A stretch of 64,000 bases of DNA from an uncultured Pelagibacteraceae bacterium. Lineage in GTDB: Bacteria > Pseudomonadota > Alphaproteobacteria > Pelagibacterales > Pelagibacteraceae. Where the stretch lies: contig CACDFC010000001.1 of the NCBI GenBank assembly GCA_902552035.1, positions 26,064-90,063 of the forward strand, written 5' to 3'. The notes under the pieces were generated by a model. It worked only from the letters and a program-made list of their open reading frames with translations, ran no database searches and had not been told where the DNA came from. Positions 1 through 10,597 of the stretch are shown in pieces. Every line of letters begins with the position of its first letter. Position 1 is the stretch's first letter. Made by a program: the position numbers and the translations under genes.

Positions 1-1
1 A

Positions 2-850
2 AATATTGACATTAATCAGTATTCCTTAACGTTTGGAATAGTATTTATTTTGGTAGGTTTGGCTTTTAAAATATCAGCGGTTCCTTTTCATATGTGGGCG
101 CCAGATGTTTATCAAGGGTCACCTACACCAGTTACACTTTTTTTTGCTATTTTACCAAAGGTTGCTGCACTAACTGTATTAATAAAAATTTTATATGTAC
201 CCTTTTTAAATTTAATAGAACAATGGCAAATGATAGTAATTTTTTTGTCTATAGCATCAATGATTTTTGGGGCGGTTGCTGCTATCGGCCAAAAAAATTT
301 AAAAAGACTGATTGCATATAGTTCTATAAGTCATATGGGATACACAATCGCAGGATTATCAACTGGAACAAATGAAGGAATTCAAAGTTCAATTATATAT
401 ATTTCAATATATGTAGTAATGAACTTAGGTTTTTTCTGTTGTCTGCTTATGCTTAAAAGGGATGGAAAGTATTACGAAACAGTTGAGGATATGTCAGGTT
501 TGTCAAAGAATCATCCTATGTTGTCATTTTCACTATTATTAATTTTATTTTCACTTGCTGGTATTCCGCCATTAGCCGGATTTTTTGCAAAGTTCTATGT
601 GTTTATGGCAGTCATCAAAAGTGAGATGTATTTTTTAGCTATAACAGGCTTATTATCAACTGTTATAGCAGCTTTTTATTATCTAAGAATTATTAAAATT
701 ATATATTTTGATCCAGAAAAAGAAAAGTTTGATACACATCACAATATTGCTTTAAAAGTATCTCTTTTTATAACAACTATATTTATTTTATTTTATTTTA
801 TTTTTCCGAGTAAATTAATTCAAATTGTTTCAAAAATAAACGTAATTTGA
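2..850 (+). CDS. nuoN: NADH-quinone oxidoreductase subunit N (5'-truncated by window edge)
   Basis: FKISAVPFHMWAPDVYQGSPTP, KRLIAYSSISHMG and SLAGIPPLAGFFAKF motifs; frame is open from base 2. Confidence 0.96.
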   Translation, partial: NIDINQYSLTFGIVFILVGLAFKISAVPFHMWAPDVYQGSPTPVTLFFAILPKVAALTVLIKILYVPFLNLIEQWQMIVIFLSIASMIFGAVAAIGQKNLKRLIAYSSISHMGYTIAGLSTGTNEGIQSSIIYISIYVVMNLGFFCCLLMLKRDGKYYETVEDMSGLSKNHPMLSFSLLLILFSLAGIPPLAGFFAKFYVFMAVIKSEMYFLAITGLLSTVIAAFYYLRIIKIIYFDPEKEKFDTHHNIALKVSLFITTIFILFYFIFPSKLIQIVSKINVI

Positions 851-1368
851 TGAAATTAATAAAAACTAACCTTAAAATTTCAAACAGTACAAATGATGAA
901 GCGATAAAAAGAATAAAAAAAGGAAAAAATAATGGAATAATAATAACTCAAATACAAAAAAGAGGCAGGGGTAGATATGGAAAAAAATGGATTTCAATCA
1001 AAGGAAACTTGTTTATGAGTATTTTTTTTGAGATTAAAGAGAAAAGTTTACTAAAAAAAATTACAAAAGATAATTGTCATTTGGTGAAAAAGAGTTTAAG
1101 TAATTTAGTAAAATATAAAATATCAATAAAACCGCCTAACGATTTATTGATAATGGGTAAGAAAGTTTGTGGTATACTTCAAGAAACAATAACATATAGT
1201 AAAAAAAAATTTATTATAATTGGAATTGGTGTAAATATAAAAAAAAATCCTTTTATTAGAAATTATCCTACAACTAATCTAAATAAGCATGCTTATACAA
1301 AATTAAATAGAAATATAGTTTTTACTAATATAAGAAAAACTTTTGAAAAAAAAATAGGTAAAATTTAA
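850..1368 (+). CDS. birA: Biotin--acetyl-CoA-carboxylase ligase (short, catalytic domain only)
   Basis: STN, QKRGRGRYGKKW, KPPNDLL and KKVCGIL motifs; nuoN-birA-coaX-rnj synteny; TGATG overlap with nuoN. Confidence 0.92.
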   Translation: MKLIKTNLKISNSTNDEAIKRIKKGKNNGIIITQIQKRGRGRYGKKWISIKGNLFMSIFFEIKEKSLLKKITKDNCHLVKKSLSNLVKYKISIKPPNDLLIMGKKVCGILQETITYSKKKFIIIGIGVNIKKNPFIRNYPTTNLNKHAYTKLNRNIVFTNIRKTFEKKIGKI

Positions 1369-1371
1369 AAA

Positions 1372-2118
1372 ATGTATTTATTAGGAGATATAGGAAACAC
1401 AGAAATAAAAATTTGTCTTGTTAATTCAAATTATAAAATCCTAAAAAAAATGATATTAAAAACTAATTCAATTAGCTATAAATATCTAGATTATAATTTT
1501 TCCTTTTTTTTAAAATATTCAACAAAAATCCAAAAAATTTTATTTAGTAGTGTTGTACCAATAGCATTTAAAAAAATTAAATTATTAATATCAAAAAAAT
1601 TTAAAAAAAAAGTATTTGAACTTAAAGAAATTAATATAAATAATTTTATTCAAACAAAAGTTAATAAAAAACAGGTGGGTTCTGATAGAATTGCTAATAC
1701 AATTGGAGCAATAAATAATAAAGAAAATTTTATTGTTGTTGATTTTGGAACAGCCACTACCTTTGATGTAATTATTAAAAATAAATATCTAGGAGGTATA
1801 ATTGCTCCTGGTATAAATCTTTCATTAAAAACACTTTCAAAAAAAGCTTACTTAATTCCTAAAATTAATTTTTCAAAAGTAAAAAAAGTTATTGGTACTA
1901 ATACAAGTTCAGCTGTTAAATCAGGTTTCTTTTGGGGTTATTGTGGATTGATAAATAATATAATTAAATTAATTTCTAGAGAAACAAATAAATCTTATAA
2001 AATAATTTTAACAGGAGGTTTATCCCACCTATTTAAAAACTCTTTAAATGTTAAAACATTAATTAAAAAAGATCTTACAATTTATGGATTATATAAATTA
2101 TTAAATAGCAAGAATTAA
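1372..2118 (+). CDS. coaX: Type III pantothenate kinase
   Basis: DIGNT, VGSDR, VVDFGTATTFD, GGIIAPG and LTGG motifs. Confidence 0.95.
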   Translation: MYLLGDIGNTEIKICLVNSNYKILKKMILKTNSISYKYLDYNFSFFLKYSTKIQKILFSSVVPIAFKKIKLLISKKFKKKVFELKEININNFIQTKVNKKQVGSDRIANTIGAINNKENFIVVDFGTATTFDVIIKNKYLGGIIAPGINLSLKTLSKKAYLIPKINFSKVKKVIGTNTSSAVKSGFFWGYCGLINNIIKLISRETNKSYKIILTGGLSHLFKNSLNVKTLIKKDLTIYGLYKLLNSKN

Positions 2119-2119
2119 T

Positions 2120-3778
2120 ATGAAAAATGAATTATTATTTTGTCCATTAGGTGGTTCAGGTGAAATTGGAATGAACATGAATCTTTTTTCATATGGTAGC
2201 ACCGATGATCAAAAATGGATAATTGTTGATGTTGGAGTTACTTTTGCAGATGACACTGTTCCTGGTATAGATTTAATTTATCCAGATCCTGGTTTTATAT
2301 TAGATAAAAAAGACGATATTCTAGGAATTGTACTAACTCACGCACATGAAGACCATATTGGTGCTATAGCTTATATTTGGCCAAAAATTAAATGCAATAT
2401 ATATGCAACACCTTTTACATCAGTGTTAATAAATGAAAAATTTAAAGAAAAAAAAATTGATATCTCGAATTATTTAAAAATAGTTCCATTAAACTCTACT
2501 TTAAATTTAAAACCTTTTGAAATTGAGTTTATAACGCTGACTCATTCAATTTTAGAACCGAATGGATTAAAAATTAAAACACCAGTTGGCAATATACTTC
2601 ATACAGGTGATTGGAAAAATGATCTAAATCCATTAATTGGAGAAAAAATTGATGATAGTAAATTAAAAAAGATCGGCGAAGAGGGTGTTTTAGCAATGAT
2701 ATGTGATTCTACTAATGTTTTCAGCGCAGGACATGCTGGATCAGAATTAGAAGTGAGAAAAAATTTACTTAAAATAATGGAGAGATTAAAAAAAAGAATT
2801 ATAGTTACATCATTTGCATCTAACGTTGCTAGGATGGAAAGTATTTTTTTTTGTGCTCAAAAAACAGGAAGACAAATTTCATTAGTTGGAAGATCAATGC
2901 ATCGTATCTTTAAGGCAGCAAGACAATGTGGATATCTGAAAAATGTAATAGATCCTGTTGACCCACGTGATGTTAAAAATATTTCTAGAGAAAAAATTGT
3001 TTATTTGTGCACTGGTAGTCAAGGCGAACCGATGGGCGCTATGATGAGAGTTTCAAATTACACTCATCCAGATATTTTTATAGAAAAAGGTGATGCTGTT
3101 ATTTTTTCATCTAAAATAATTCCTGGAAATGAAAAAAAACTTTATAAACTTCATAATCAATTAGTAAAAGAAGGTATAGAAGTAATTTCAGAAGAAAGTG
3201 AATTTGTTCATGTTTCAGGTCATCCTAATAGAGATGATCTTAAGGATATGTATAGCTGGATTAAACCTAAAGTAGTTATACCTGTTCATGGAGAACATAG
3301 ACATATGATTGAGCATATTAATTTTGCAAAAGAAATGAATGTTCCGTATCCTGTTCAAGTTGAAAATGGCGATATAGTTAGATTATATCCTGGTAAAAGC
3401 CCTGAAGTTTACGACAAGGCTCCTAATGGAAGAATATATGTTGATGGGAATATAGGTGTTGAGGAAGACGCGCAATCAATAAAAGAAAGAAAAAATTTGT
3501 CAATTAATGGATTTATCGATGTTACTATTTTAATTACTCCTAAAGGTTATATTCATAACCAGCCAGTATTATCAATTAAAGGATTGCCAATATATGAAGA
3601 TCAGGAATTTATAGACGAGTTAGGGGAGGAAATAGAAAAGACGACAAGGTCTTTTTCACTAAACAATAAAAAACAAGAATCAAATTTGATAGACGCTCTA
3701 AAAAGCACTTGTAGAAAATATTCAAAAGAAAAAACTGGAAAAAAACCTATAACCAACATTAATCTAGTAAGAATTTAA
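2120..3778 (+). CDS. rnj: Ribonuclease J (beta-CASP metallo-beta-lactamase)
   Basis: PLGGSGEIGMNM, THAHEDHIGA, TGSQGEP, HVSGH and PVHGE motifs. Confidence 0.96.
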   Translation: MKNELLFCPLGGSGEIGMNMNLFSYGSTDDQKWIIVDVGVTFADDTVPGIDLIYPDPGFILDKKDDILGIVLTHAHEDHIGAIAYIWPKIKCNIYATPFTSVLINEKFKEKKIDISNYLKIVPLNSTLNLKPFEIEFITLTHSILEPNGLKIKTPVGNILHTGDWKNDLNPLIGEKIDDSKLKKIGEEGVLAMICDSTNVFSAGHAGSELEVRKNLLKIMERLKKRIIVTSFASNVARMESIFFCAQKTGRQISLVGRSMHRIFKAARQCGYLKNVIDPVDPRDVKNISREKIVYLCTGSQGEPMGAMMRVSNYTHPDIFIEKGDAVIFSSKIIPGNEKKLYKLHNQLVKEGIEVISEESEFVHVSGHPNRDDLKDMYSWIKPKVVIPVHGEHRHMIEHINFAKEMNVPYPVQVENGDIVRLYPGKSPEVYDKAPNGRIYVDGNIGVEEDAQSIKERKNLSINGFIDVTILITPKGYIHNQPVLSIKGLPIYEDQEFIDELGEEIEKTTRSFSLNNKKQESNLIDALKSTCRKYSKEKTGKKPITNINLVRI

Positions 3779-3842
3779 ATATATTATGCTTATTTATTTA
3801 ATGTTAAAGTATTAATTATTAATTAAATTAAATTATTAACAA

Positions 3843-5165
3843 ATGCTATTTTCTAAAGTTTTTATACCCATTTTAAAAAACGATCCAACTGAAGCAAAAA
3901 TTAAATCACATAAATTAATGCTAAGACTAGGTATGATTAAACAATCATCAGCCGGAATTTATTCTTGGTTACCTTTAGGCTTTAAAGTAATGAAGAAAAT
4001 TGAGGATATTGTTCGTGAGGAACAAAATAGAATCGGAGCTCAAGAAATTTTGATGCCAACTATACAATCAAGTGAAATTTGGAAAGAAAGTGGTAGATAC
4101 GAGGATTACGGGGAAGAGATGCTTAGAATTAAGGACCGTCAGAATCGAGAAATGCTATATGGACCGACAAATGAAGAATTAATAACTGATATTTTTAGAA
4201 ATAGTATAAAATCATACAAATCACTTCCACAATTATTGTATCATATTCAGTGGAAATTTAGAGACGAGCTCAGACCTAGGTTTGGAATAATGAGATGTAG
4301 AGAATTTTATATGAAGGATGCATACTCATTCGACATAAGTGATGATGATGCATTATTATCTTATAATAAATTCTTTTTATCTTATTTGAGAACTTTTAAA
4401 AGGATGGAATTATCCGCAATCCCGATGGCTGCAGATACTGGACCTATAGGAGGAAATCTTTCCCACGAATTTATTATTTTGGCAGATACAGGCGAGAGCA
4501 AAATTTATACAGATAAAAGAATTTTTGATGTTGATAGCAATTTGACAACAATTGAAAAAAATTCACTTGATAAGATGCGAAATGATTTTGAAAAATTTTA
4601 CTCTGTGACTGATGAAAAATTTGATCAAAAAATTTTTGAAAATAAAGTTCCTGAAAAATACAGAATAAAAACTAAAGGAATTGAGGTGGGACATATTTTT
4701 TATTTTGGGGATAAATATTCTAAACCAATGAATGCATCTGTAGATTTCAATGGCAAAAAAGAATTCGTAAAAATGGGATCTTACGGAGTTGGTGTTTCAC
4801 GTTTGGTAGGTGCAATAATAGAAGCTAAATATGATGAGAAAAACGAGATAATGAAGTGGCCAACCTCGGTAAGTCCTTATGATTGTTCAGTAATCCCTTT
4901 ATTAAATAAAAACGATAAATCCAATTTAGAAAAATCAATGAAAATATACAATTTTCTGAAAAATAACAAAATTGACACAATTTTAGATGATACGTACGAA
5001 AGTATTTCTGCAAAAATGAAAAAATTTAATCTAATTGGTATTCCTTTTCAGATAATAATTGGCAAAAAGTCTGATGAAGAGACATTTGAATTTAAAAAAA
5101 TTGGTGAAGAGCCAAAAAAATTAAAAATTGAAGAAATTGTTAAAATTATAAAAAATAATAAATAA
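3843..5165 (+). CDS. proS: Proline--tRNA ligase (short form without INS editing domain)
   Basis: WKESGRY, GPTNEE, KFRDELRPRFG, REFYMKDAYSF and GIEVGHIF motifs; 440 aa. Confidence 0.97.
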   Translation: MLFSKVFIPILKNDPTEAKIKSHKLMLRLGMIKQSSAGIYSWLPLGFKVMKKIEDIVREEQNRIGAQEILMPTIQSSEIWKESGRYEDYGEEMLRIKDRQNREMLYGPTNEELITDIFRNSIKSYKSLPQLLYHIQWKFRDELRPRFGIMRCREFYMKDAYSFDISDDDALLSYNKFFLSYLRTFKRMELSAIPMAADTGPIGGNLSHEFIILADTGESKIYTDKRIFDVDSNLTTIEKNSLDKMRNDFEKFYSVTDEKFDQKIFENKVPEKYRIKTKGIEVGHIFYFGDKYSKPMNASVDFNGKKEFVKMGSYGVGVSRLVGAIIEAKYDEKNEIMKWPTSVSPYDCSVIPLLNKNDKSNLEKSMKIYNFLKNNKIDTILDDTYESISAKMKKFNLIGIPFQIIIGKKSDEETFEFKKIGEEPKKLKIEEIVKIIKNNK

Positions 5166-5166
5166 A

Positions 5167-6396
5167 TTGATTTCACAACTAGAAAAAATAATCACATTAA
5201 GGTACCTAAAATCCAGAAAAAAAGATCAAATATTAAATGTTATATCTATTTTTTCATTTATAGGAATAAGTTTAGGAGTAGCTGTATTAATAATTGTAAT
5301 GTCAGTTATGAATGGCTTTAGGTCTGAATTAACAAAAAAAATTATCGGCTTTAATGCACATATAACAATTAATTCATATGATAGCTTTTTAGACAATGAA
5401 AAAATCAATGATCAAAAATTAAAGCGAATAATTGAAAAATCTATAATTAGTAATAACGCTGAAGGTATAATAATACATAAAGATTATACAAAAGGTATTT
5501 TATTAAAGGGTTATAAAAGTCGAGATTTTCAAAATTTAGATATTGTTGAAAAGAAATCATTTTTTGGAAATAGAAATCTCAATTTTAAAACAATTTCTAT
5601 TGGTAGAGAACTAAGCTATATTTTAAATGTCAAAATTGGTGATAAAATAACAATCATGTCACCATCAGGCATTCAAACTATAATTGGTAAATTGCCTAAA
5701 CAAGAGGTGTATTCAATAAGTTCAATTTTTGAAACAGGTATCGTAGATTTTGACCAAAATGTAGCCTTTATTAATATCAATGACTTAGAGAGTCTGTTCA
5801 ATTTAGAAAACAAGAGTAGATATCTTGAAATATTTTTAAATAATCCATATGACATAGCAAAATCAAAAAAAATAATTTCTAATATATTTGAAAATAATAT
5901 TATTTATTCTTGGGCTGACTTAAATAAGACTCTTTTTTCTGCTCTTAAAGTTGAAAGAAACGTAATGTTTATTATATTGACTTTAATAGTAATTGTTGCA
6001 GCATTCAACATTATTTCCGGTCTCACTATATTAGTAAAAAACAAAACTAGAGAGATAGCAATATTAAAATCTTTAGGAGTACAAAATTTTTCAATAAAAA
6101 AAATTTTTTTTATGGTAGGTTTTTTAATTGGAACTATTTCTACAATTTTTGGCGTTATAATAGGAGTTCTGTTTTCATTATATATAGAAAATATTAGAAA
6201 ATTTATAAGTAAAACTTTTGATTTAGTTCTTTTCCCAGACGAAATTTATTTTTTAGAAAAAATTCCATCACAAATTGATATATATTCAATCCTAATTATT
6301 ATTTTTTGTTCAATAGTTATAACTACTATTGTTTCATTATATCCTGCAGCACAAGCTGCAAAACTCAATACATCTAGAGCTTTAAAATATGAATAA
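5167..6396 (+). CDS. lolC: Lipoprotein-releasing ABC transporter permease LolC/E
   Basis: LIIVMSVMNGF, IVAAFNII and REIAILKSLG motifs; TTG start; followed by lolD. Confidence 0.92.
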   Translation: MISQLEKIITLRYLKSRKKDQILNVISIFSFIGISLGVAVLIIVMSVMNGFRSELTKKIIGFNAHITINSYDSFLDNEKINDQKLKRIIEKSIISNNAEGIIIHKDYTKGILLKGYKSRDFQNLDIVEKKSFFGNRNLNFKTISIGRELSYILNVKIGDKITIMSPSGIQTIIGKLPKQEVYSISSIFETGIVDFDQNVAFININDLESLFNLENKSRYLEIFLNNPYDIAKSKKIISNIFENNIIYSWADLNKTLFSALKVERNVMFIILTLIVIVAAFNIISGLTILVKNKTREIAILKSLGVQNFSIKKIFFMVGFLIGTISTIFGVIIGVLFSLYIENIRKFISKTFDLVLFPDEIYFLEKIPSQIDIYSILIIIFCSIVITTIVSLYPAAQAAKLNTSRALKYE

Positions 6397-7072
6397 TTTA
6401 ATTGAACTAAAACATATTAGTAAAGATTTTAAAAATAAAAAATTAAAAGTGTTAAAAAATATTAGTTATAAATTTATTTTAGGAAACATATATTCGATTA
6501 TGGGTCCATCTGGTTCTGGAAAATCGACTTTACTAAATCTGATCTCATTAATAGATCACCCCTCTAATGGATCAATTTTAATAAACGGTAGTAAGATTAA
6601 TTCTTTGGATCAAGAACAAAATGATATATTTAGATCAAAAAATATTGGGATAGTGTACCAAGATAAGAATTTACTTAACGACTTTACTTTATTAGAAAAT
6701 GTTTATTTAGCAAAGTTAGCAACTACTAATGATAAATATCTCGCAATTAAGGAGGCAAAAAAAATTATCAAATCTGTAGGATTATCAAGCAGGATGGATC
6801 ATTATCCTTCCGAGTTATCAGGTGGTGAAGCTCAAAGAACAGCAATATGTAGAGCTCTAATTAACTCACCAAAAATAATATTGGCCGATGAACCAACAGG
6901 AAATTTGGATCAAAAAAACTCAAAAATTATATTTAACATGTTACTAAAATTGAAAAACAAGAACCGAATTATAATTTATGCAACTCACAATAGATATTTT
7001 GCAGATATGGCAGATTGTAAAATTGAATTAAATGATGGTAAAATAAATACTATCTATGGACTCCATAAATAA
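6389..7072 (+). CDS. lolD: Lipoprotein-releasing ABC transporter ATPase
   Basis: [18 protein letters not shown] and LADEPTGNLD motifs; adjacent to lolC/E. Confidence 0.92.
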   Translation: MNNLIELKHISKDFKNKKLKVLKNISYKFILGNIYSIMGPSGSGKSTLLNLISLIDHPSNGSILINGSKINSLDQEQNDIFRSKNIGIVYQDKNLLNDFTLLENVYLAKLATTNDKYLAIKEAKKIIKSVGLSSRMDHYPSELSGGEAQRTAICRALINSPKIILADEPTGNLDQKNSKIIFNMLLKLKNKNRIIIYATHNRYFADMADCKIELNDGKINTIYGLHK

Positions 7073-10000
7073 CCAGTTCACTCATTTTAAAGTACATACA
7101 CAATATTCAATCTGTGAAGGAGCTCTAAAAATTGAGAATCTGAAGAATTTTTGCAAGGAAAATAAGATTAGATCAATTGGTTTATCAGACACTTCAAACT
7201 TATGTGGAGCACTAGAATTTTCTGAAAACATATCAAAATCAGGCACACAACCAATTATAGGAACACAAATATTATTTAAATATAAAGATGTATCAGGGTT
7301 ATTACCGTTAATTGCAAAAAATGAAAATGGTTATAAACATATCATTAAATTATCTTCCAATTCATATTTAAAGAGCAAGAATGGATCAACACCTTTCTGT
7401 GACTTAAACGAATTGTTAGAAAATCAAACCAACAACATTATTATCCTATCGGGTTCAATTACTGGACTCTTTGGCGATATGTTTAATAAAGGTAGAATCG
7501 ATGATATTAAAAATTTATACCAAATTTTTAAAAAAAAGTTCAGAGATAATTTTTATATAGAAATTCAACGTCATGAGGATCAAAATGAAAAAAATTTTGA
7601 AATATTTAATTTACAAGAATCTAAGATCAATAATATTCCAATAATAGCTTCACACGAAGTATTTTACTTGGATAAATCAATGTCTGAAGCTCATGATGTA
7701 TTAATGTGTATTGGGACTAAAAATTATCTAAATGAAAAAAATAGAATAAAATTATCTGATCAGCACTATTTTAAAACTAATGAAGAAATGAAAAAAACCT
7801 TTTCAGATTTGCCAGAAGCATTAAAAAATAACTATAATCTTCCTTTAAGATGCAGTTTTAGACCACTGCCCTCTAAACCGATACTACCTAACATTATGAC
7901 TTCAAATAATTTAAGTTCAAATCAGAAATTAAAAAAAGATTCTGAAGAAGGTTTAATAAAAAAATTAAAATTATCTTTAAAATATAATGATAATGACATT
8001 AAAAAAGATGAAACTTATATTAAATATAAAAAAAGACTAGACCACGAAATCGAGATTATTATTAATATGAAATATTCAAGTTATTTTTTAATAGTCTCTG
8101 ATTATATCAAATGGGCAAAGCAAAATAATATTCCTGTTGGACCAGGCAGAGGATCTGGTGCTGGCTCATTAGTAGCATGGTGTATAGATATCACGGATGT
8201 TGATCCAATCAAATTTAATCTAATCTTCGAAAGATTTCTAAACCCTGATCGAATCTCTATGCCAGATTTTGATATAGACTTCTGTGAGGAAAAAAGAGAC
8301 CTCGTTTTTGAGTATTTAAATAAAAAGTATAAAGATAGTGTAGCTCATATAATTACTTTTGGTAAACTTAAAGCAAGAATGGTAATTAGAGATGTTGGTC
8401 GTGTTTTAGGACTACCTTATGGTTTTGTAGATAGTATCTGCAAAATGATACCATTTGATCCTTCTAGACCTATGAATTTAAGCGAATGTATTGACAAAGA
8501 ACCAAGACTTCAGAAGTTAATTATTGAGGATAAAAGAGTTAAAAGGCTAGTTGATTTATCATTAAAACTTGAAGGTCTTAATAGAAACGTCGCTACACAT
8601 GCGGCTGGAGTGGTCATAGCTGACAAAAAATTAACAGATACTGTCCCTTTATACAAAGATTCTAGCTTAGACCTATTATTACCTTCAACACAATTTGATA
8701 TGTACTCAGCAGAAAACGCTGGACTAGTTAAATTTGATTTTCTTGGTCTAAAAACATTAACTGTAATAAACAAAACACAAGAAATTATTAATAAAAAAAA
8801 TAAAGAATTTAAAATAGAAAAAATAAGTTATGAGGATAAAAAAGTTTATGACCTGTTATCAAGTGGAAAAACAGTAGGATTATTCCAACTAGAAAGTTCT
8901 GGGATGAGAGATGCATTGATTCAGATGAAACCAAATAGACTTGAGGATATTATAGCATTGGTTGCTTTATATAGACCTGGCCCAATGAGCAATATTCCAG
9001 TCTACAATGATTGCAAACATGGTAAAATACAGCCTGACTATTTACATCCTAAACTAAAGAAAATTTTAGAACCTACTTATGGAGTAATTATTTATCAAGA
9101 ACAAGTAATGCAAATTGCACAGGAATTATCAGGTTTTACTGCAGGCGAAGCTGATATTCTCAGAAGAGCAATGGGAAAGAAAAAAAGATTAGAATTGGAA
9201 AAACAAAAACAACGATTTATTGATGGAGCAGTTAAAAGAGGGATTGGTAAAGAAGTTGCAGCTAGCATCTTTCTAAAAATTGAGCCATTTGCGGAATATG
9301 GTTTTAATAAAAGTCATGCAGCCGCTTATGCTATCATTGCTTATCAAACTGCATATTTAAAAACACATTATAAGTTTGAATTTTTTTCTGCCTCTATGTC
9401 AATGGAACAATCAAATCAAAAAAAATTAAGTGAATTTTATGATGAACTTAAAAGGTTAAATGTTGAAATTGAAAGACCAAATATCAATAAATGTTTTGAA
9501 GATTTTCATTCACAAGATAAAAAGTTTCTTTATTCATTAGGTTCTTTAAAAAATGTTGGATATGAAGCAATTGCAAATATAGTTAAAGAAAGAGTTGCAA
9601 ATGGAGAATTTAAATCAATAAATAATTTTATAGAAAGAACAAATCCCAAAAATATTAATAAATTACAATTAGAAGGTCTTGTAAAATCTGGTGCATTTGA
9701 TGTACTTAACAATAACCGAAAATCTTTATTTGATTCAATTCCAAATATTATTTTAAAATCAAAGAATTTACATGACAATATTTCATCAAATCAGATTGAC
9801 TTATTTGGATCTAATCAAGAAGAAAGTGAAAATATATTAGTTGATACAAATGATTGGTCATTTGATGAGAGACTTTCCAAAGAATTTGAAACAATAGGTT
9901 TTTTTATATCAGATCACCCTTTAAGCCAGTTTAAGTCTATATATGACAACTATAATATTATTAATTATGAACAATTTAATTTAAATGAAGATGTCAAGGA

Positions 10001-10472
10001 AGGAAACATAGCTTCAACAATATTAAAAATACAAGAAAAAAAAACCCAAAAAGGAACATCCTATGCAATACTAAAATTATCTGATTTAAGTACAACATTT
10101 GAACTATTTGTTTTTTCTGATTTATTAGAAATTAATAGAGATATTCTTAAAGAAGGAAATTCAATCTTAGTTACATTATTAAAAAACTTTACCACTAGTG
10201 AAAATGGAAACAGAAGAGTAAATATTAAAAAAATTACTTTACTTAAAGATGTTATTAATAAACCTATTAAAAAAGCCATCTTTACTCTTGATAATCCTTC
10301 TAAAGCTGATGAATTAAGGAAACTGTTGGTTAATGATGGAAATACAGATATTGAACTAAATATTCTTCACAAAAACCAAAAATTAATTTTTAAGATCAAA
10401 GGGAAAAAAAAAGTTGATAGAAATTTAATAAATACACTGAAAAACAAAGATATTTTGACTTCTATAAGCTAA
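7056..10472 (+). CDS. dnaE: DNA polymerase III alpha subunit
   Basis: GPGRGSGAGS, FERFLNPDRISMPDFDIDF, GLVKFDFLGL and YGFNKSHAAAY motifs; 1138 aa, no intein-sized insertion. Confidence 0.98.
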   Translation: MDSINNQFTHFKVHTQYSICEGALKIENLKNFCKENKIRSIGLSDTSNLCGALEFSENISKSGTQPIIGTQILFKYKDVSGLLPLIAKNENGYKHIIKLSSNSYLKSKNGSTPFCDLNELLENQTNNIIILSGSITGLFGDMFNKGRIDDIKNLYQIFKKKFRDNFYIEIQRHEDQNEKNFEIFNLQESKINNIPIIASHEVFYLDKSMSEAHDVLMCIGTKNYLNEKNRIKLSDQHYFKTNEEMKKTFSDLPEALKNNYNLPLRCSFRPLPSKPILPNIMTSNNLSSNQKLKKDSEEGLIKKLKLSLKYNDNDIKKDETYIKYKKRLDHEIEIIINMKYSSYFLIVSDYIKWAKQNNIPVGPGRGSGAGSLVAWCIDITDVDPIKFNLIFERFLNPDRISMPDFDIDFCEEKRDLVFEYLNKKYKDSVAHIITFGKLKARMVIRDVGRVLGLPYGFVDSICKMIPFDPSRPMNLSECIDKEPRLQKLIIEDKRVKRLVDLSLKLEGLNRNVATHAAGVVIADKKLTDTVPLYKDSSLDLLLPSTQFDMYSAENAGLVKFDFLGLKTLTVINKTQEIINKKNKEFKIEKISYEDKKVYDLLSSGKTVGLFQLESSGMRDALIQMKPNRLEDIIALVALYRPGPMSNIPVYNDCKHGKIQPDYLHPKLKKILEPTYGVIIYQEQVMQIAQELSGFTAGEADILRRAMGKKKRLELEKQKQRFIDGAVKRGIGKEVAASIFLKIEPFAEYGFNKSHAAAYAIIAYQTAYLKTHYKFEFFSASMSMEQSNQKKLSEFYDELKRLNVEIERPNINKCFEDFHSQDKKFLYSLGSLKNVGYEAIANIVKERVANGEFKSINNFIERTNPKNINKLQLEGLVKSGAFDVLNNNRKSLFDSIPNIILKSKNLHDNISSNQIDLFGSNQEESENILVDTNDWSFDERLSKEFETIGFFISDHPLSQFKSIYDNYNIINYEQFNLNEDVKEGNIASTILKIQEKKTQKGTSYAILKLSDLSTTFELFVFSDLLEINRDILKEGNSILVTLLKNFTTSENGNRRVNIKKITLLKDVINKPIKKAIFTLDNPSKADELRKLLVNDGNTDIELNILHKNQKLIFKIKGKKKVDRNLINTLKNKDILTSIS

Positions 10473-10520
10473 AAAAAAACTTGTTTATTTAATTATTTTT
10501 AGTAAAAAACTGTTTAAATT

Positions 10521-10590
10521 AACACGCACACAATTTTTGGTTTTAAACCTCCGGTCCATTCGTGGAAATAATTGTGGTGGCATAACCGGG
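10521..10590 (+). ncRNA. rpsB (S2) leader cis-regulatory RNA
   Basis: GC-rich patch in an AT-rich spacer. CACAATT(10529-35) pairs with AATTGTG(10570-76); TCCA-TTCG-TGGA hairpin at 10555-66; CCGGT(10551-55) can pair with ACCGG(10585-89) as a pseudoknot; directly upstream of rpsB. Confidence 0.8.
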
Positions 10591-10597
10591 AAAAAAT

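Noticed and set aside
3779-3842. TTAA-rich spacer before proS resembling CtrA boxes or short repeats
   Set aside because: Almost pure A/T; I could not place an exact TTAA-N7-TTAAC, and such repeats are expected by chance.
7056-10472. Intein or split in dnaE
   Set aside because: Normal length, continuous motifs, no intein signatures.
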